In this document: in pieces, positions 37,247 to 50,693 of the stretch
Layout of the letters: each line of letters starts with the position of its first letter
Numbering within the stretch: the first letter of the stretch is position 1
Assembly (NCBI GenBank): GCA_965235115.1
Contig: OZ249441.1
Coordinates: 16,988,001-17,052,000, forward strand
Direction of reading: 5' to 3'
DNA from: Laetmonice hystrix
Taxonomy: Eukaryota
DNA: 64,000 nt
Notes under the pieces: model-generated
What the model saw: only the letters and a program-made list of their open reading frames with translations
What the model was told of the DNA's origin: nothing
Database searches by the model: none
Translations under genes and position numbers: made by a program

Positions 37247-39055
37247 TTATCATGATAGTGGCTCATCCACACAGGTAGGAGTTATTATCATGATAGTGGC
37301 TCATCCACACAGGTAGGAGTTATTATCATGATAGTGGCTCATCCACACAGGTAGGAGTTATTATCATGATAGTGGCCCATCCACACAGGTAGGAGTTATT
37401 ATCATGATAGTGGCCCATCCACACAGGTAGGAGTTATTATCATGATAGTGGCTCATCCACACAGGTAGGAGTTATTATCATGATAGTGGCTCATCCACAC
37501 AGGTAGGAGTTATTATCATGATAGTGGCTCATCCACAAAGGTAGGAGTTATCATGATAGTGGCTCATCCACACAGGTAGGAGTTATTATCATGATAGTGG
37601 CTCATCCACACAGGTAGGAGTTATTATCATGATAGTGGCTCATCCACAAAGGTAGGAGTTATCATGATAGTGGCTCATCCACACAGGTAGGAGTTATTAT
37701 CATGATAGTGGCTCATCCACACAGGTAGGAGTTATTATCATGATAGTGGCTCATCCACACAGGTAGGAGTTATTATCCTGATAGTGGCTCATCCACACAG
37801 GTAGGAGTTATTATCATGATAGTGGCTCATCCACACAGGTAGGAGTTATTATCATGATAGTGGCTCATCCACACAGGTAGGAGTTATTATCATGATAGTG
37901 GCTCATCCACACAGGTAGGAGTTATTATCCTGATAGTGGCTCATCCACACAGGTAGGAGTTATTATCATGATAGTGGCTCATCCACACAGGTAGGAGTTA
38001 TTATCATGATAGTGGCTCATCCACACAGGTAGGAGTTATTATCATGATAGTGGCCCATCCACACAGGTAGGAGTTATTATCATGATAGTGGCTCATCCAC
38101 ACAGGTAGGAGTTATTATCATGATAGTGGCTCATCCACACAGGTAGGAGTTATTATCATGATAGTGGCTCATCCACACAGGTAGGAGTTATTATCATGAT
38201 AGTGGCTCATCCACACAGGTAGGAGTTATTATCATGATAGTGGCTCATCCACACAGGTAGGAGTTATTATCCTGATAGTGGCTCATCCACACAGGTAGGA
38301 GTTATTATCATGATAGTGGCTCATCCACAAAGGTAGGAGTTATCATGATAGTGGCTCATCCACACAGGTAGGAGTTATTATCATGATAGTGGCTCATCCA
38401 CACAGGTAGGAGTTATTATCATGATAGTGGCTCATCCACAAAGGTAGGAGTTATCATGATAGTGGCTCATCCACACAGGTAGGAGTTATTATCCTGATAG
38501 TGGCTCATCCACACAGGTAGGAGTTATTATCATGATAGTGGCTCATCCACACAGGTAGGAGTTATTATCATGATAGTGGCCCATCCACACAGGTAGGAGT
38601 TATTATCATGATAGTGGCTCATCCACACAGGTAGGAGTTATTATCATGATAGTGGCTCATCCACACAGGTAGGAGTTATTATCATGATAGTGGCTCATCC
38701 ACACAGGTAGGAGTTATTATCATGATAGTGGCTCATCCACACAGGTAGGAGTTATTGTCATGATAGTGGCTCATCCACACAGGTAGGAGTTATTATCATG
38801 ATAGTGGCTCATCCACACAGGTAGGAGTTATTATCATGATAGTGGCTCATCCACACAGGTAGGAGTTATTATCATGATAGTGGCTCATCCACACAGGTAG
38901 GAGTTATTATCATGATAGTGGCTCATCCACACAGGTAGGAGTTATTATCATGATAGTGGCTCATCCACACAGGTAGGAGTTATTATCATGATAGTGGCTC
39001 ATCCACAAAGGTAGGAGTTATCATGATAGTGGCTCATCCACACAGGTAGGAGTTA
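37247..39055. repeat. 38-bp minisatellite, ~48 copies
   Basis: Unit atcatgatagtggctcatccacacaggtaggagttatt with a 35-bp variant; contains the palindrome tatcatgata. Confidence 0.98.
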
Positions 39056-39556
39056 ACTGATGGTCCTGTCACAGCGGGGGTGGAGGCTGGATAAATGCCC
39101 CCTCCCCGCCTCGTCTTCCCATAAAACTGATTGGCCTTCTCTGTAATTAGGTGTGTCTTCCTGTAGTGTGATAGCCTGGGGCGCGAACGTGTTATACCAC
39201 GTACTCTTCGCTGAAGGTCACTTCAAGGTTTTGAACAGATCAGAATGACACTGCCCACTGTCCGCCCTGCTGTATTATTCTAAGGTCTGTGGTCAGTATT
39301 GGGATGGTACTCCATCAGAAATACCGAAATGGTTTCCTATGGCAATATTGCGTTTTGTGCACGACTTGACTCAGGGATAAGTGTGCGGCGATATTGTCAC
39401 AATCACTGAGCTCCTGGAGGAGGGAGAATATCGACATGGCTCTTACAATCCTCCCTCTCACCATCCACCGCCATCAGATCACGTACAATGCTCTATCACG
39501 ATTACAATCCAAAGTTGGATTAAATATTTATTTAGTAATTTCTACCCTGGGTCTGG

Positions 39557-39823
39557 GGGCCCTTGGGTGGCCGAGTGGTCTAAGGTGTCGGCTCCATCAT
39601 GACACCTAGGACCATCGCCTCACACCGCTGCGACCCGGGTTCGATTCCCGGCCTGGGCTGCATGTGTGAAAGGTTTGTCAGTCAGTTCCTTCCCGAAGGT
39701 CGGTGGTTTCCTCCGGGTACTCCGGTTTCCTCCACCAAGAAAAACTGACTTTCATCTCATCTTCACCGCCGTGATATGACCCTGGCTGTTGCAAGGCGTA
39801 AAACCCCAAATACCCACCCACCC
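39557..39823 (+). mobile_element. tRNA-derived SINE, same family as 25070-25337
   Basis: Near-identical body; A box tggccgagtgg, B box ggttcgattccc; (ACCC)n tail; 13-bp TSD accctgggtctgg (39544-39556, 39824-39836). Confidence 0.95.
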
Positions 39824-40525
39824 ACCCTGGGTCTGGTCAGCGACTGTTGGGATGGGCACACGGCATTCCCGGCCTCCTGACACTCAATCCAATGAAGTTG
39901 ACTCTGCGTGGGAGGAATGGGACGAGGAAGGACGATGTCAACATTCGTCAGATTGTCGTGGCCAAGGGAGGTGTAAGGCGCCTCGTGACCAATGGCCTCC
40001 CAGTAACCCAGCCATCCACAGAGAGGGCGGGCACAATGTCCAAGAAATTACAACCCGGCAGATAACTGCTACAGCTGGTCACCGGTCGTCTGCATGACGT
40101 GAAGTCATTGCCACGTCGCTGGTTAAAAATAGCATCAATAGGGAGTTTGACTTGGGAAAGATTCAATAGGTTTCCTTTTCGATTGCAATAGCGCTGACTC
40201 GACATGCTTGCAGAGAATGGCTATCTGTACCTCTGCAGGAAGAAAAGAAGATTTTGTTCTTTACTTAATACATTTTTAAATTTGCCGGAAAGTGTGGGGG
40301 TGGGGTGGGTTTGAACTGATAAACAGAAGGCCACATTCACATTATATTTCTGGAAACCTCGAGTGCAAGTTTTTCTAGTAGAAATATACATGCAAAAACA
40401 TAATCTAACGAGGCAGTCATATATAAAGTACTTCAGTAAAGAATGCAGACTGTAGAAATGATCTGGCATGAGAGTAACTGACACATGGTAAAGTAAGATG
40501 AAAGAACCAATGAGGCATCCATAAC

Positions 40526-42128
40526 TCATGTTGAGTTACATCATTCATGGAGACCAAAGGTAATTCATGTTGAGTTACATCATTCATGGAGACCAAAGAT
40601 AACTCGATCATGTTGAGTTACATCATTCATGGAGACCAAAGATAACTCGATCATGTTGAGTTACATCATTCATGGAGACCAAAGATAACTCGATCATGTT
40701 GAGTTACATCATTCATGGAGACCAAAGATAACTCGATCATGTTGAGTTACATCATTCATGGAGACCAAAGATAACTCGATCATGTTGAGTTACATCATTC
40801 ATGGAGACCAAAGAGAATTCATGTTGAGTTACATCATTCATGGAGACCAAAGGTAATTCATGTTGAGTTACATCATTCATGGAGACCAAAGGTAATTCAT
40901 GTTGAGTTACATCATTCATGGAGACCAAAGGTAATTCATGTTGAGTTACATCATTCATGGAGACCAAAGGTAATTCATGTTGAGTTACATCATTCATGGA
41001 GACCAAAGATAACTCGATCATGTTGAGTTACATCATTCATGGAGACCAAAGATAATTCATGTTGAGTTACATCATTCATGGAGACCAAAGGTAATTCATG
41101 TTGAGTTACATCATTCATGGAGACCAAAGATAATTCATGTTGAGTTACATCATTCATGGAGACCAAAGGTAATTCATGTTGAGTTACATCATTCATGGAG
41201 ACCAAAGATAACTCGATCATGTTGAGTTACATCATTCATGGAGACCAAAGATAATTCATGTTGAGTTACATCATTCATGGAGACCAAAGGTAATTCATGT
41301 TGAGTTACATCATTCATGGAGACCAAAGGTAATTCATGTTGAGTTACATCATTCATGGAGACCAAAGGTAATTCATGTTGAGTTACATCATTCATGGAGA
41401 CCAAAGATAATTCATGTTGAGTTACATCATTCATGGAGACCAAAGGTAATTCATGTTGAGTTACATCATTCATGGAGACCAAAGATAATTCATGTTGAGT
41501 TACATCATTCATGGAGACCAAAGATAACTCGATCATGTTGAGTTACATCATTCATGGAGACCAAAGATAATTCATGTTGAGTTACATCATTCATGGAGAC
41601 CAAAGATAATTCATGTTGAGTTACATCATTCATGGAGACCAAAGATAATTCATGTTGAGTTACATCATTCATGGAGACCAAAGGTAATTCATGTTGAGTT
41701 ACATCATTCATGGAGACCAAAGATAACTCGATCATGTTGAGTTACATCATTCATGGAGACCAAAGATAATTCATGTTGAGTTACATCATTCATGGAGACC
41801 AAAGATAATTCATGTTGAGTTACATCATTCATGGAGACCAAAGATAATTCATGTTGAGTTACATCATTCATGGAGACCAAAGATAATTCATGTTGAGTTA
41901 CATCATTCATGGAGACCAAAGATAACTCGATCATGTTGAGTTACATCATTCATGGAGACCAAAGATAATTCATGTTGAGTTACATCATTCATGGAGACCA
42001 AAGATAATTCATGTTGAGTTACATCATTCATGGAGACCAAAGATAATTCATGTTGAGTTACATCATTCATGGAGACCAAAGATAATTCATGTTGAGTTAC
42101 ATCATTCATGGAGACCAAAGAGAATTCA
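40526..42128. repeat. 39/43-bp minisatellite, ~40 copies
   Basis: catgttgagttacatcattcatggagaccaaag followed by (g/a)taatt (39 bp) or ataactcgat (43 bp). Confidence 0.98.
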
Positions 42129-43972
42129 AAAGTAGCCTTACTCCAGTTTCTGACCACATCACTAAAAGGTATAGGTCAGCTTCTCTTTGTCTGAATCTCT
42201 CGCTCTCTCTCTCCCTCCATATACATCAGACCCAGAAAACTATGGGGTTGGAAGGCTTTGCAGATTTATTGTCAGTGAAATTTGATTTTGATAAGGGCCT
42301 CCTTTATCTTGTTTTCCTGGAAAAATCACCTTGACGACTGATGTACCTGTGTAGATTACCAACACGTTTTTCAGTTCACTCGATGTTAAAATGCTTACAC
42401 GACCAGCTTTCTACCAAGTGGTACTAGGCGAGGAACAGTTTTCACTTTTCTCTTCTGCACGGGCACTTCCTCCTCACGGAAAACTTGTCAAGGCAACTGG
42501 CTCGTGTAGAGGGAGCTTCGGACAAGCGGGGCCCGGGCATCACTCCAATATCGGTAGCCGGAGAAAAAAAACCCACCAGAAACGAAATAAGCAAGTGTAT
42601 TCCGATGTTTTAAAATTTACTTCCCTACGCAGGATCCAGGGAAGTTAAAAAAGTTGAGTCATCCCCACCCGACCGCCTGGTAGCGGGAGGGGTCCTGTGA
42701 ATCATGAAACCGCCGTAGATAAAACTCCAAGTTCTCCTGCTGTCAAAGATCCGGGCCCCATCACCGGCAAATCAGTGGTCTCACAAGTCCCCAGCTGCTG
42801 GTCCCGGGGCTATCTGCTACTGCTGATTACTGACTTTGAGACGTCCTAGCAACACTAGATTTGTAAATCCTCTCAAACAACAGGGGGTAAAAAGCCCACT
42901 GGTAGCCCTAGCCCTAAACCACCACACTCCCCACGCACACCCAGCACACCTACACGCACACACTTCCCAAAAAACCTCTCTCTGACCCATCCAGACAAGC
43001 ACTATCAAATTTACAGACTGGGAAACTCTCAAAAGTCGTTACACCTTAATGTCTGCAACTCAAGTACAACCTGTTTGGTCTGACACATAGTAAACACGAA
43101 AGTAAACCAACAGTTTCATGTCCTACGCCTACTTCATGTCAAGAAAATAATTACACTTTCTGACATAAACTGTACTCCCTCAGTGTTGTAGTGCTGCACT
43201 TAGATTTTCTAGCTTTTTATTTTTCGCACCGTTTCTATTTATATGATCTAATCTAATGGTTGGGATTTTAGATTAATCTGCAAAGGGTAAGAGCTAGTAC
43301 AAGACTAAACTACAGAATGAATACGTCAACCCAGATCATTTGTATCGGACAAAGTACACGTACTGTATACTTGAAATGCCGATATATTTCGACGTGCCTA
43401 TTTTACAGAGCCAATTAAACTGCTCAGGGCTCCTCTGTATTGAGACTATTCCATGAGGTAGCAATTTACCCTATGGCACTGGACCGTTCAGACATCATGT
43501 ACTCTAAGTAAAAGGGCCATAGACTATACTGATGTCATCGCGGTCTCTCGTGCCAACCGTTTGAGGGACGCCGGTCGTTGGCCAGGGGTTCCCCCGTAAC
43601 AACATCATGAAAGGAACGTGTACGATGAGAACAACTACCGTCTATGTTTCACATTCTCTGTTCTCCACCGAGAAATGGTTTATTTCCCGACTCTTGCGGG
43701 GTCTTCAGGTCACATGCCGGTTGGCACGCTTGCGGCACTTTTTATTCTGTTTCTCTGAAGGCTCCGACAGACATAAAAGACGATTTGCTTGTGTCATCCC
43801 AGTCAGAGGTGCGATATGTACCATGATGACTTACCGGGCAGTCTCACACGCCGTCAGGCAAACCATTGACTGCCTTCGAGGAGCCTTTAACCTTCATTAA
43901 CACACCAAAGTTTTTGTTCTCACTGCCATCATACTAAATCAATGTATCAATGCCAAGTTCATAAAAGCTTAA

Positions 43973-44192
43973 AGGGGGACATTTTTTCGTCTGACTTTGC
44001 GTTTTCTTTATATGATAGTGTGAAGAGGTCCAAAATATATATTCCTACGCCGAAAATAGCGTTGATTGGCCCGCAATCAAGTCACCAGCAGCCCCTAAAG
44101 TGAATTTCGGTGTACACCGAAATTTAGTAGTTGAGCATTGTGGTTGGGGGGGGGGGGGTGTCCCCAAGTGCGATTCTTCCTATTGTGCACCT
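43973..44192 (+). mobile_element. Kolobok-like non-autonomous element, copy 1
   Basis: TTAA on both sides, AGG...CCT termini; body aligns to 48002-48324 and 49385-49680. Confidence 0.72.
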
Positions 44193-44920
44193 TTAAGTGT
44201 TTAGGAACTGGGCCCAGGTCTTTCTGATATATAAACGGCTACATTTCCTCTCCTCTCATACCGAATATTGGTGTTCCTATGTCTTATGTCTTGAAATAAA
44301 CTACACTATAACTTTATCGTTTTGCTTCTGGCTGAAGTTATTCCTAACTTTCTAAACAGTGTCATTTCCACAGCGACAATCGTTAAGAAAATCGTTTACG
44401 TCTACTTCAAATGTAACCTCTGACAAATCAATGATTAACTAGCCAGGATATAAGAAAACCGGGTCTGCCCTCTATAAGGACGGGCGTCAAATGTCATTTT
44501 GAAACCCGATGTGTCGTACAGGAGATATTCCTACAACTTTCCCGAAGCAATAAGCAACCTCCTTCGACAAGAATAGAGTGGTCTCAGACAGGTAGATTTG
44601 TCCTCTGTTTACCGTAATAAACCCAAATCTGGGCGACGTCTAGCCAGTTGTTGCAGTTGATGCGGCTGGTACTGCTGGGGTTGTGTATGTAGCTGCACAC
44701 ATATTTTGTCTAAGGGACTGGTACGGCTGTTTGATGATGGGGCTACGAGGGGTACTGGTGATCTTTTGTTTGGTTTGGTCACTCTGGATCTTGTGGTCAA
44801 GGTTGTAATAGGCATGTGGCTAGTTTCTGCTGCCTTGTACTGTTGACCGTGGTTGCGTTGACGTCCAGTGATACGGCGGCCACTAGAGGAGGAATGTCCT
44901 GGGCTTGGTTTTGTTGCTTG

Positions 44921-45787
44921 GTGAGCAAGGCTGAGATGGGGTGAGCAAGGCTGGTATGGGGTGAGCAAGGCTGAGATGGGGTGAGCAAGGCTGGGATGGG
45001 GTGAGCAAGGCTGGGATGGGGTGAGCAAGGCTGGGATGGGGTGAGCAAGGCTGAGATGGGGTGAGCAAGGCTGGGATTGGGTGAGCAAGGCTGAGATGGG
45101 GGGGTGAGCAAGGCTGGGATGGTGAGCAAGGCTGGGATGGGGTGAGCAAGGCTGAGATGGGGGGAGGTGAGCAAGGCTGGGATGGGGTGAGCAAGGCTGG
45201 GATGGGGTGAGCAAGGCTGGGATGGGGTGAGCAAGGCTGAGATGGGGGGAGGTGAGCAAGGCTGGGATGGGGTGAGCAAGGCTGGGATGGGGTGAGCAAG
45301 GCTGGGATGGGGTGAGCAAGGCTGGGATGGGGTGAGCAAGGCTGGGATGGGGTGAGCAAGGCTGAGATGGGGGGAGGTGAGCAAGGCTGGGATGGGGTGA
45401 GCAAGGCTGGGATGGGGTGAGCAAGGCTGGGATGGGGTGAGCAAGGCTGGGATGGGGTGAGCAAGGCTGGGATGGGGTGAGCAAGGCTGAGAAGTGGGGG
45501 GGGGTGAGCAAGGCTGAGAAGGGGGGGGGTGAGCAAGGCTGGGATGGGGTGAGCAAGGCTGAGATGGGGTGAGCAAGGCTGGGATGGGGTGAGCAAGGCT
45601 GAGATGGGGGGTGAGCAAGGCTGAGATGGGGGGTGAGCAAGGCTGAGATGGGGGGTGAGCAAGGCTGAGATGGGGTGAGCAAGGCTGAGATGGGGTGAGC
45701 AAGGCTGAGATGGGGTGAGCAAGGCTGGGATGGGGTGAGCAAGGCTGGGATTGGGTGAGCAAGGCTGGGATTGGGTGAGCAAGGCTG
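44921..45787. repeat. 20-bp G-rich minisatellite, ~42 copies
   Basis: Unit gggtgagcaaggctg(g/a)gatg with variable G-run length. Confidence 0.98.
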
Positions 45788-46144
45788 GGATTGGGTGAGC
45801 AAGGCCCTGGTCCTGCTGCAAGGACGCTGCGGTTGCTAGAGTGGGTGCAGGTTGTCTGCGGCGTTTTTTACCCGTATTTTTTGGGCTCTGGTTCCGGCCT
45901 TCTTTCCGTTGGAGCTCCAGCTCAGAGACACTCCAAGGTTTTTGGCACCAGTCAGGAATGTCAGCAGAGGCTCCGGTAGTCTTCAGGCAGGTTCTGTCCG
46001 CTGGGTGTTAGCTCACATAAGGGATCGTCAGCAGCTAAAAAGTGCTAATAATTTTCCCTTTCACCATCTGTCATGACTTCGAATGCTCAGAGGCCTCCGT
46101 GAGGTTTGAGGTCAAGTGGAGGACGACGTCCTCATCCCCACCCT

Positions 46145-46333
46145 GGGCCCGGTTTTTAGGTTGTCATTTTACCAATCTTAAGACTGCAATTTTAAGACTG
46201 ACTTGTGTTATGGTCTCTCATTGGCTGAATTCAGTTGAAGGACCAATCAGAAGCTCTAAAGTTCAGAATTCAGAGAGTTCAGTCTTAAGATTTGAATCTT
46301 AAGCCTTGGTTTGCAAACTAAAAACCAGGGCCT
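46145..46333. mobile_element. Small Harbinger-like MITE
   Basis: gggcccggtttttag / ctaaaaaccagggcct ends; internal inverted pair aatcttaagactg / cagtcttaagatt; no clean TSD. Confidence 0.55.
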
Positions 46334-47076
46334 ACAGCTGTCCGTTATACGGAAAATTCAAGAGTTGAATTTTGTAAATGTGATGACAATCCTTTGAAGT
46401 GACTGCCCCAGTATACACTTGGTCACCAGGTAGTCACTGAGTCGGCCAGGTGTTCACCCATCCACCGGTCTCTCCCCCTCCCCACCTGCTACCTAATGAC
46501 TTGTGCTCAGTGAAGGGGGTTCACTTTACTGGCCTGGGAGTTTGTCCCCCACATAGTTATAATTAATTGGTAAATGTCTTTAATGAACATATAATGTTAC
46601 TGGGTGTAACTCAGATAAATAAGAAATGAACATAAAATGTCTCTGAAATAAGGTGTTTGTCCATCATTGTAGCAAAGAGTATCCCATAGTGAGACTACGG
46701 GTACGATACATGTAAATGGTAAATATACGACCTTATACTACACCAATGACGTCATTCCTGCCATCTTAGACCATAGACATTCCCCTAGGGATATGCGACC
46801 TTTCATTTTAAATTTACTTCAGAAAAGTGCTGACATTACCAAGTACCCAACCTCTACTAGCAACGAATGGACCCCGGCCTTGGGGGTCCGCTCCGATATG
46901 GCTTCCGGTCTGGGCAGACCATCCAGTGCCCATACCGGTAATGTTGGCTAGGTCTAGTTCGTCAAGTGGCTTCCTTTTCTCTGCTGAGGTATGAGTTCCC
47001 TTTCAGATGGCAGTCAGCAATTACACTGGGAATATCACTTATAACCTTCCTGCTGAAATCAGGTATCATACAGGCC

Positions 47077-47113
47077 ATCAAACAAACAAACAAACAAATA
47101 AATAAATAAATAA
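47077..47113. repeat. (CAAA)n(TAAA)n microsatellite, possibly a retroposon tail
   Basis: caaacaaacaaacaaacaaataaataaataaataaat. Confidence 0.85.
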
Positions 47114-48001
47114 ATCACACATATAATTGCATGGCCTCAGACCGTGAGCATTAGAAACCTAGGCTCTCTTCCCCCTTGGCACCACCCACATAAGATACGG
47201 CTGCCGGTTAGCGCCTATCTCGTTCTCAGTACACGACCTTGTGTGAAGAGGTGGACATTCATTACACCTGGCGTGAAGTGATCGAGTCCTGCCGGCAGAA
47301 TATCCAGATATCCCACCCACTCCTTGTGTGGACTCCATTATTCCACCGGCAAGTCATTCCATTCACCTCTTGACTCGTATCACACCCAACTCGACAATTC
47401 CAGGAGCATGAATTATTCAAAAAGAAGAAAAACTGATCGGCATGGCTGAAGCCAGCGGGAAGAACTGCCTGCAGCTGTTGTAGTATTCTACTCCTTTTTA
47501 ATAAAAAAAACTATAATGGGACTGATTTGAAGTGAAAGAGAAACGCTCGCGAGCCTGAATTTGATCCTGATGTTCCCTCCATGGGAGGAAGCTTCTTCTA
47601 AATAAATGATTTATATATATATATAAATGTCACAAGAAAAAATATCTTAGAATCTGCTGGGCAAGACCGCAAAAAGACTAGTGTGGTTGGCGAGGAAACA
47701 GTCCGCCTCCACACACAGCTGCGCCCAACTCAGGTAGCTAAGCCCAATGCAGAATAACATTAACTGAGGGTCAGGAGACAATATCGTTTCCGCTCTTTTC
47801 AAAATCACTTCGAAACATCGGAGTAACAATTCAGGACAACAAACATACTTCAATATAAATGATATATTTCATGGAAATCAACTGATTTCGTAATGCTTCA
47901 CTGTCCGTTTTCATCCTTTCTTTGACCTTGGTACATTCAATACTTATGTGATGCCATCTGCCATGGTGTCAATTGACGCGTTTCAATCTAAAACCGTGTA
48001 A

Positions 48002-48324
48002 AGGAGCACAATTGGAAGAATCGCACTTTCAGACGGCTTTTGAATCTTTTGTAAGGCATTCTATAATTAAATGCAAAAAAATATAAAAAATGGATTAAAA
48101 ACCGTTGTCTTGGCCGAGAAGTGGCATAACCTCCAACAGGGTCACTTGAGGCCACGCTCCCTCCACAATGCTTAACTACTGAAATTCACTTTGGGGGCTG
48201 CCTGTAGCTTGATTACAGGCCAATCAACGCTATTTTCAGGGGAGGAATACATATTTCGAACCTTTTTACGCTATCTGCCTATCACATAAGAAAAAGGCAA
48301 AGTCAGCCGAAAGATTGTGCCCCT
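48002..48324 (-). mobile_element. Kolobok-like non-autonomous element, copy 2 (reverse orientation)
   Basis: Reverse complement aligns to copies 1 and 3; flanks GTAA and TTAA. Confidence 0.72.
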
Positions 48325-48526
48325 TTAAGGTACCCTATATTGTTATAACGTTTTGTGCGAGCCGGGCTCATACTCAACTTGTAGAAGCACATAATGATGT
48401 GCCTCTACACTTCGGTCCTATAGGACAAGCGAGCCGTCCCATGGAAGGCACACCCCTGGTCAGGCGGACCGACTTGACTACGGTAGGTTTACATTGACCC
48501 CCCCCCCCCCCCCCCCCAACTCCCGG

Positions 48527-48908
48527 CCGGCACCCTGCCGGCCGACGTCTGTGTTCCTCCCGCCGAGTGACGGGCACCGATGGCACCCTGCCGGCCGACG
48601 TCTGTGTTCCTCCCGCCGAGTGACGGGCACCGATGGCGCCCTGCCGGCCCGACGTCTTTGTGTTCCTCCCGCCGAGTGACGGGCACCGATGGCGCCCTGC
48701 CGGCCGACGTCTGTGTTCCTCCCGCCGAGTGACGGGCACCGATGGCGCCCTGCCGGTCGACGTCTGTGTTCCTCCCGCCGAGTGACGGGCACCGATGGCG
48801 CCCTGCCGGCCGACGTCTGTGTTCCTCCCGCCGAGTGACGGGCACCGATGGCGCCCTGCCGGCCGACGTCTGTGTTCCTCCCGCCGAGTGACGGGCACCG
48901 ATGGCGTC
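48527..48908. repeat. 53-bp GC-rich minisatellite, ~7 copies, next to a poly-C run
   Basis: Unit ccgacgtctgtgttcctcccgccgagtgacgggcaccgatggcgccctgccgg. Confidence 0.97.
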
Positions 48909-49384
48909 CAGACAAATCAAACATCATGGAACCGGATAAATAATGTAGAATACTGATCTAGGTCAAATACGTTTCCCCCAAGCCCATTATTAATTAACAA
49001 GCCTCAATCACTGTATATGTAAATCATTACGTACCTACAACCACCACTGTCATGCGGGAATTTCCCTAACTGAATCAGATCTGAAGTCACGTTAAGGCAC
49101 AAACTGATATTGTCGGAGTTGCTACTATAAATCCACACTTCGCATTTTGCAGATCACCTGCACACCAAAACCTCTTATAAATCTGTTGCCAAGCTTGTTA
49201 TCACACCAGTTAAAAGGGATTGGGGCTTTTTCTAATATAAACATCAGACCTCAATCGATTCATCAATCCATCTGAAATTCTCGACCGTGCCAATATAGCA
49301 AATCTGTGCTAGCTAACCAATTATTCAACAGTAATCAATGAAACATAATTTATCTATATATTTTCATACCAAAATCTGTGTTAA

Positions 49385-49680
49385 AGGGACACCAATTTTT
49401 CCGACTGATTTTGCCTTTTTCTTATATGATAGCGTAAAGAGGTCCGAAATAAATATTCCTACCCTGAAAATACCATTGATTGGCTTGTAATCAAGCCACA
49501 GGCAGCCCCCAAAGTGAATTTCGGTGTACACCGAATTTCAGTAGTTAAACAGAGCAGAGGAGGGCTGACCCCAAGTGACCCTGTTTGAAGTTATGCCATT
49601 TCTCGGCCAACAGAACAATAACAATAGAATGCTTCACAAAAGCTGTTCTATTATTGTGCGATTATTCCAAATGTGTCCCT
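49385..49680 (+). mobile_element. Kolobok-like non-autonomous element, copy 3
   Basis: TTAA|agggacac ... gtgtccct|TTAA (8-bp TIR, TTAA TSD). Confidence 0.78.
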
Positions 49681-50199
49681 TTAAATCAAAATGTATAGAG
49701 CACTCGTGCAGGGAGGCTTGAAGTCAGTGAACCGTGCCGAGTGCGCATGACCTTCATGGACTCGCAGACACAGACTCTCAGCCTTGCCATCAGTTGAACT
49801 CAATCTAGTCCAAGAACATTCATTCACGGCTAACACATTGAAAGATAACTGCCTCAAAATGAGAGTATGGCCCTCAAATTTACATGTATGGTGTTGGGCG
49901 AGGGAGTCAATCGGGAGTTTAACGCCCTGTTTGCAATATTTTAGCAATATTCATCAGCGTCAACTTAAACCTGCTGTGTTGACGCTGATCCACCGAGCGG
50001 GTAAAGCTATATTTAATTGTAATCAGTGACATCATTTTGAACCAATCACAGATGGGCGCTGGAACCAATGAGGCCGCAGCGTGAATGAAAACAGATAGCG
50101 GATTGGTTGCTGAGTGTGGGCGGGTGGGACCGGACCAGCGCCGCCACCACAGAGTGAGGTGCTGGGGATAGCGTGGCGATATACACAGACCTGTTCAGT

Positions 50200-50480
50200 C
50201 CTGGGAACTATGGTACCCCCACATCTCAGAGTGATAATGATGAGATGAGAAACCCGCGCACCGGGACGAATCCCTACTCTTTTCTATAGAGGCCAATGGA
50301 TCTTTAACGTGCCCCTCCACATAGTGGGCAGCACTGCTAGCCCGTGGCTCGAACCCCGGACCCCTCCCCCCCCCCCCCTCCCATGAGGAGGAGGCTGAGA
50401 TGTGAAAGAAACCTGCTACCTGGAGCCAATCCCCTAGGCTACTCATTTCGATAAAAAAAAGCAAGGATTCTTTTATATCT
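50200..50480 (-). mobile_element. Deu-domain-like SINE remnants (two tandem fragments)
   Basis: Minus strand reads ggttcgagcc (B box) then gcacgttaaagatcc...gaaaagagtaggg. A second atataaaagaatccttgc...atcgaaatgagtagcc segment lies upstream. Both resemble the Deu core as recalled; needs a Dfam check. Confidence 0.45.
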
Positions 50481-50693
50481 CTAATCACTGAAGGTTGCTT
50501 TACGCCATGCTGGTCATCTTCATGGCGAGAACTAGAAGATATCCTAGTTAAATTAGCTTTAATTTAATTCATAACAATAAAGAGCTGGTTTATAGCTATA
50601 TCTTTCTTAGATTTAACCATAAGACCATTGGCTTTGACCCATCAAGACATACCAATACTCAAAGAAGATCACTAGTTTTAAATGAAAATATAC

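Noticed and set aside
35182-42128. CRISPR-like regular repeats
   Set aside because: No unique spacers and no cas genes; eukaryotic tandem arrays.
44609-45821. 312-397-aa Pro/His-rich ORFs
   Set aside because: Translations of the 20-bp array.
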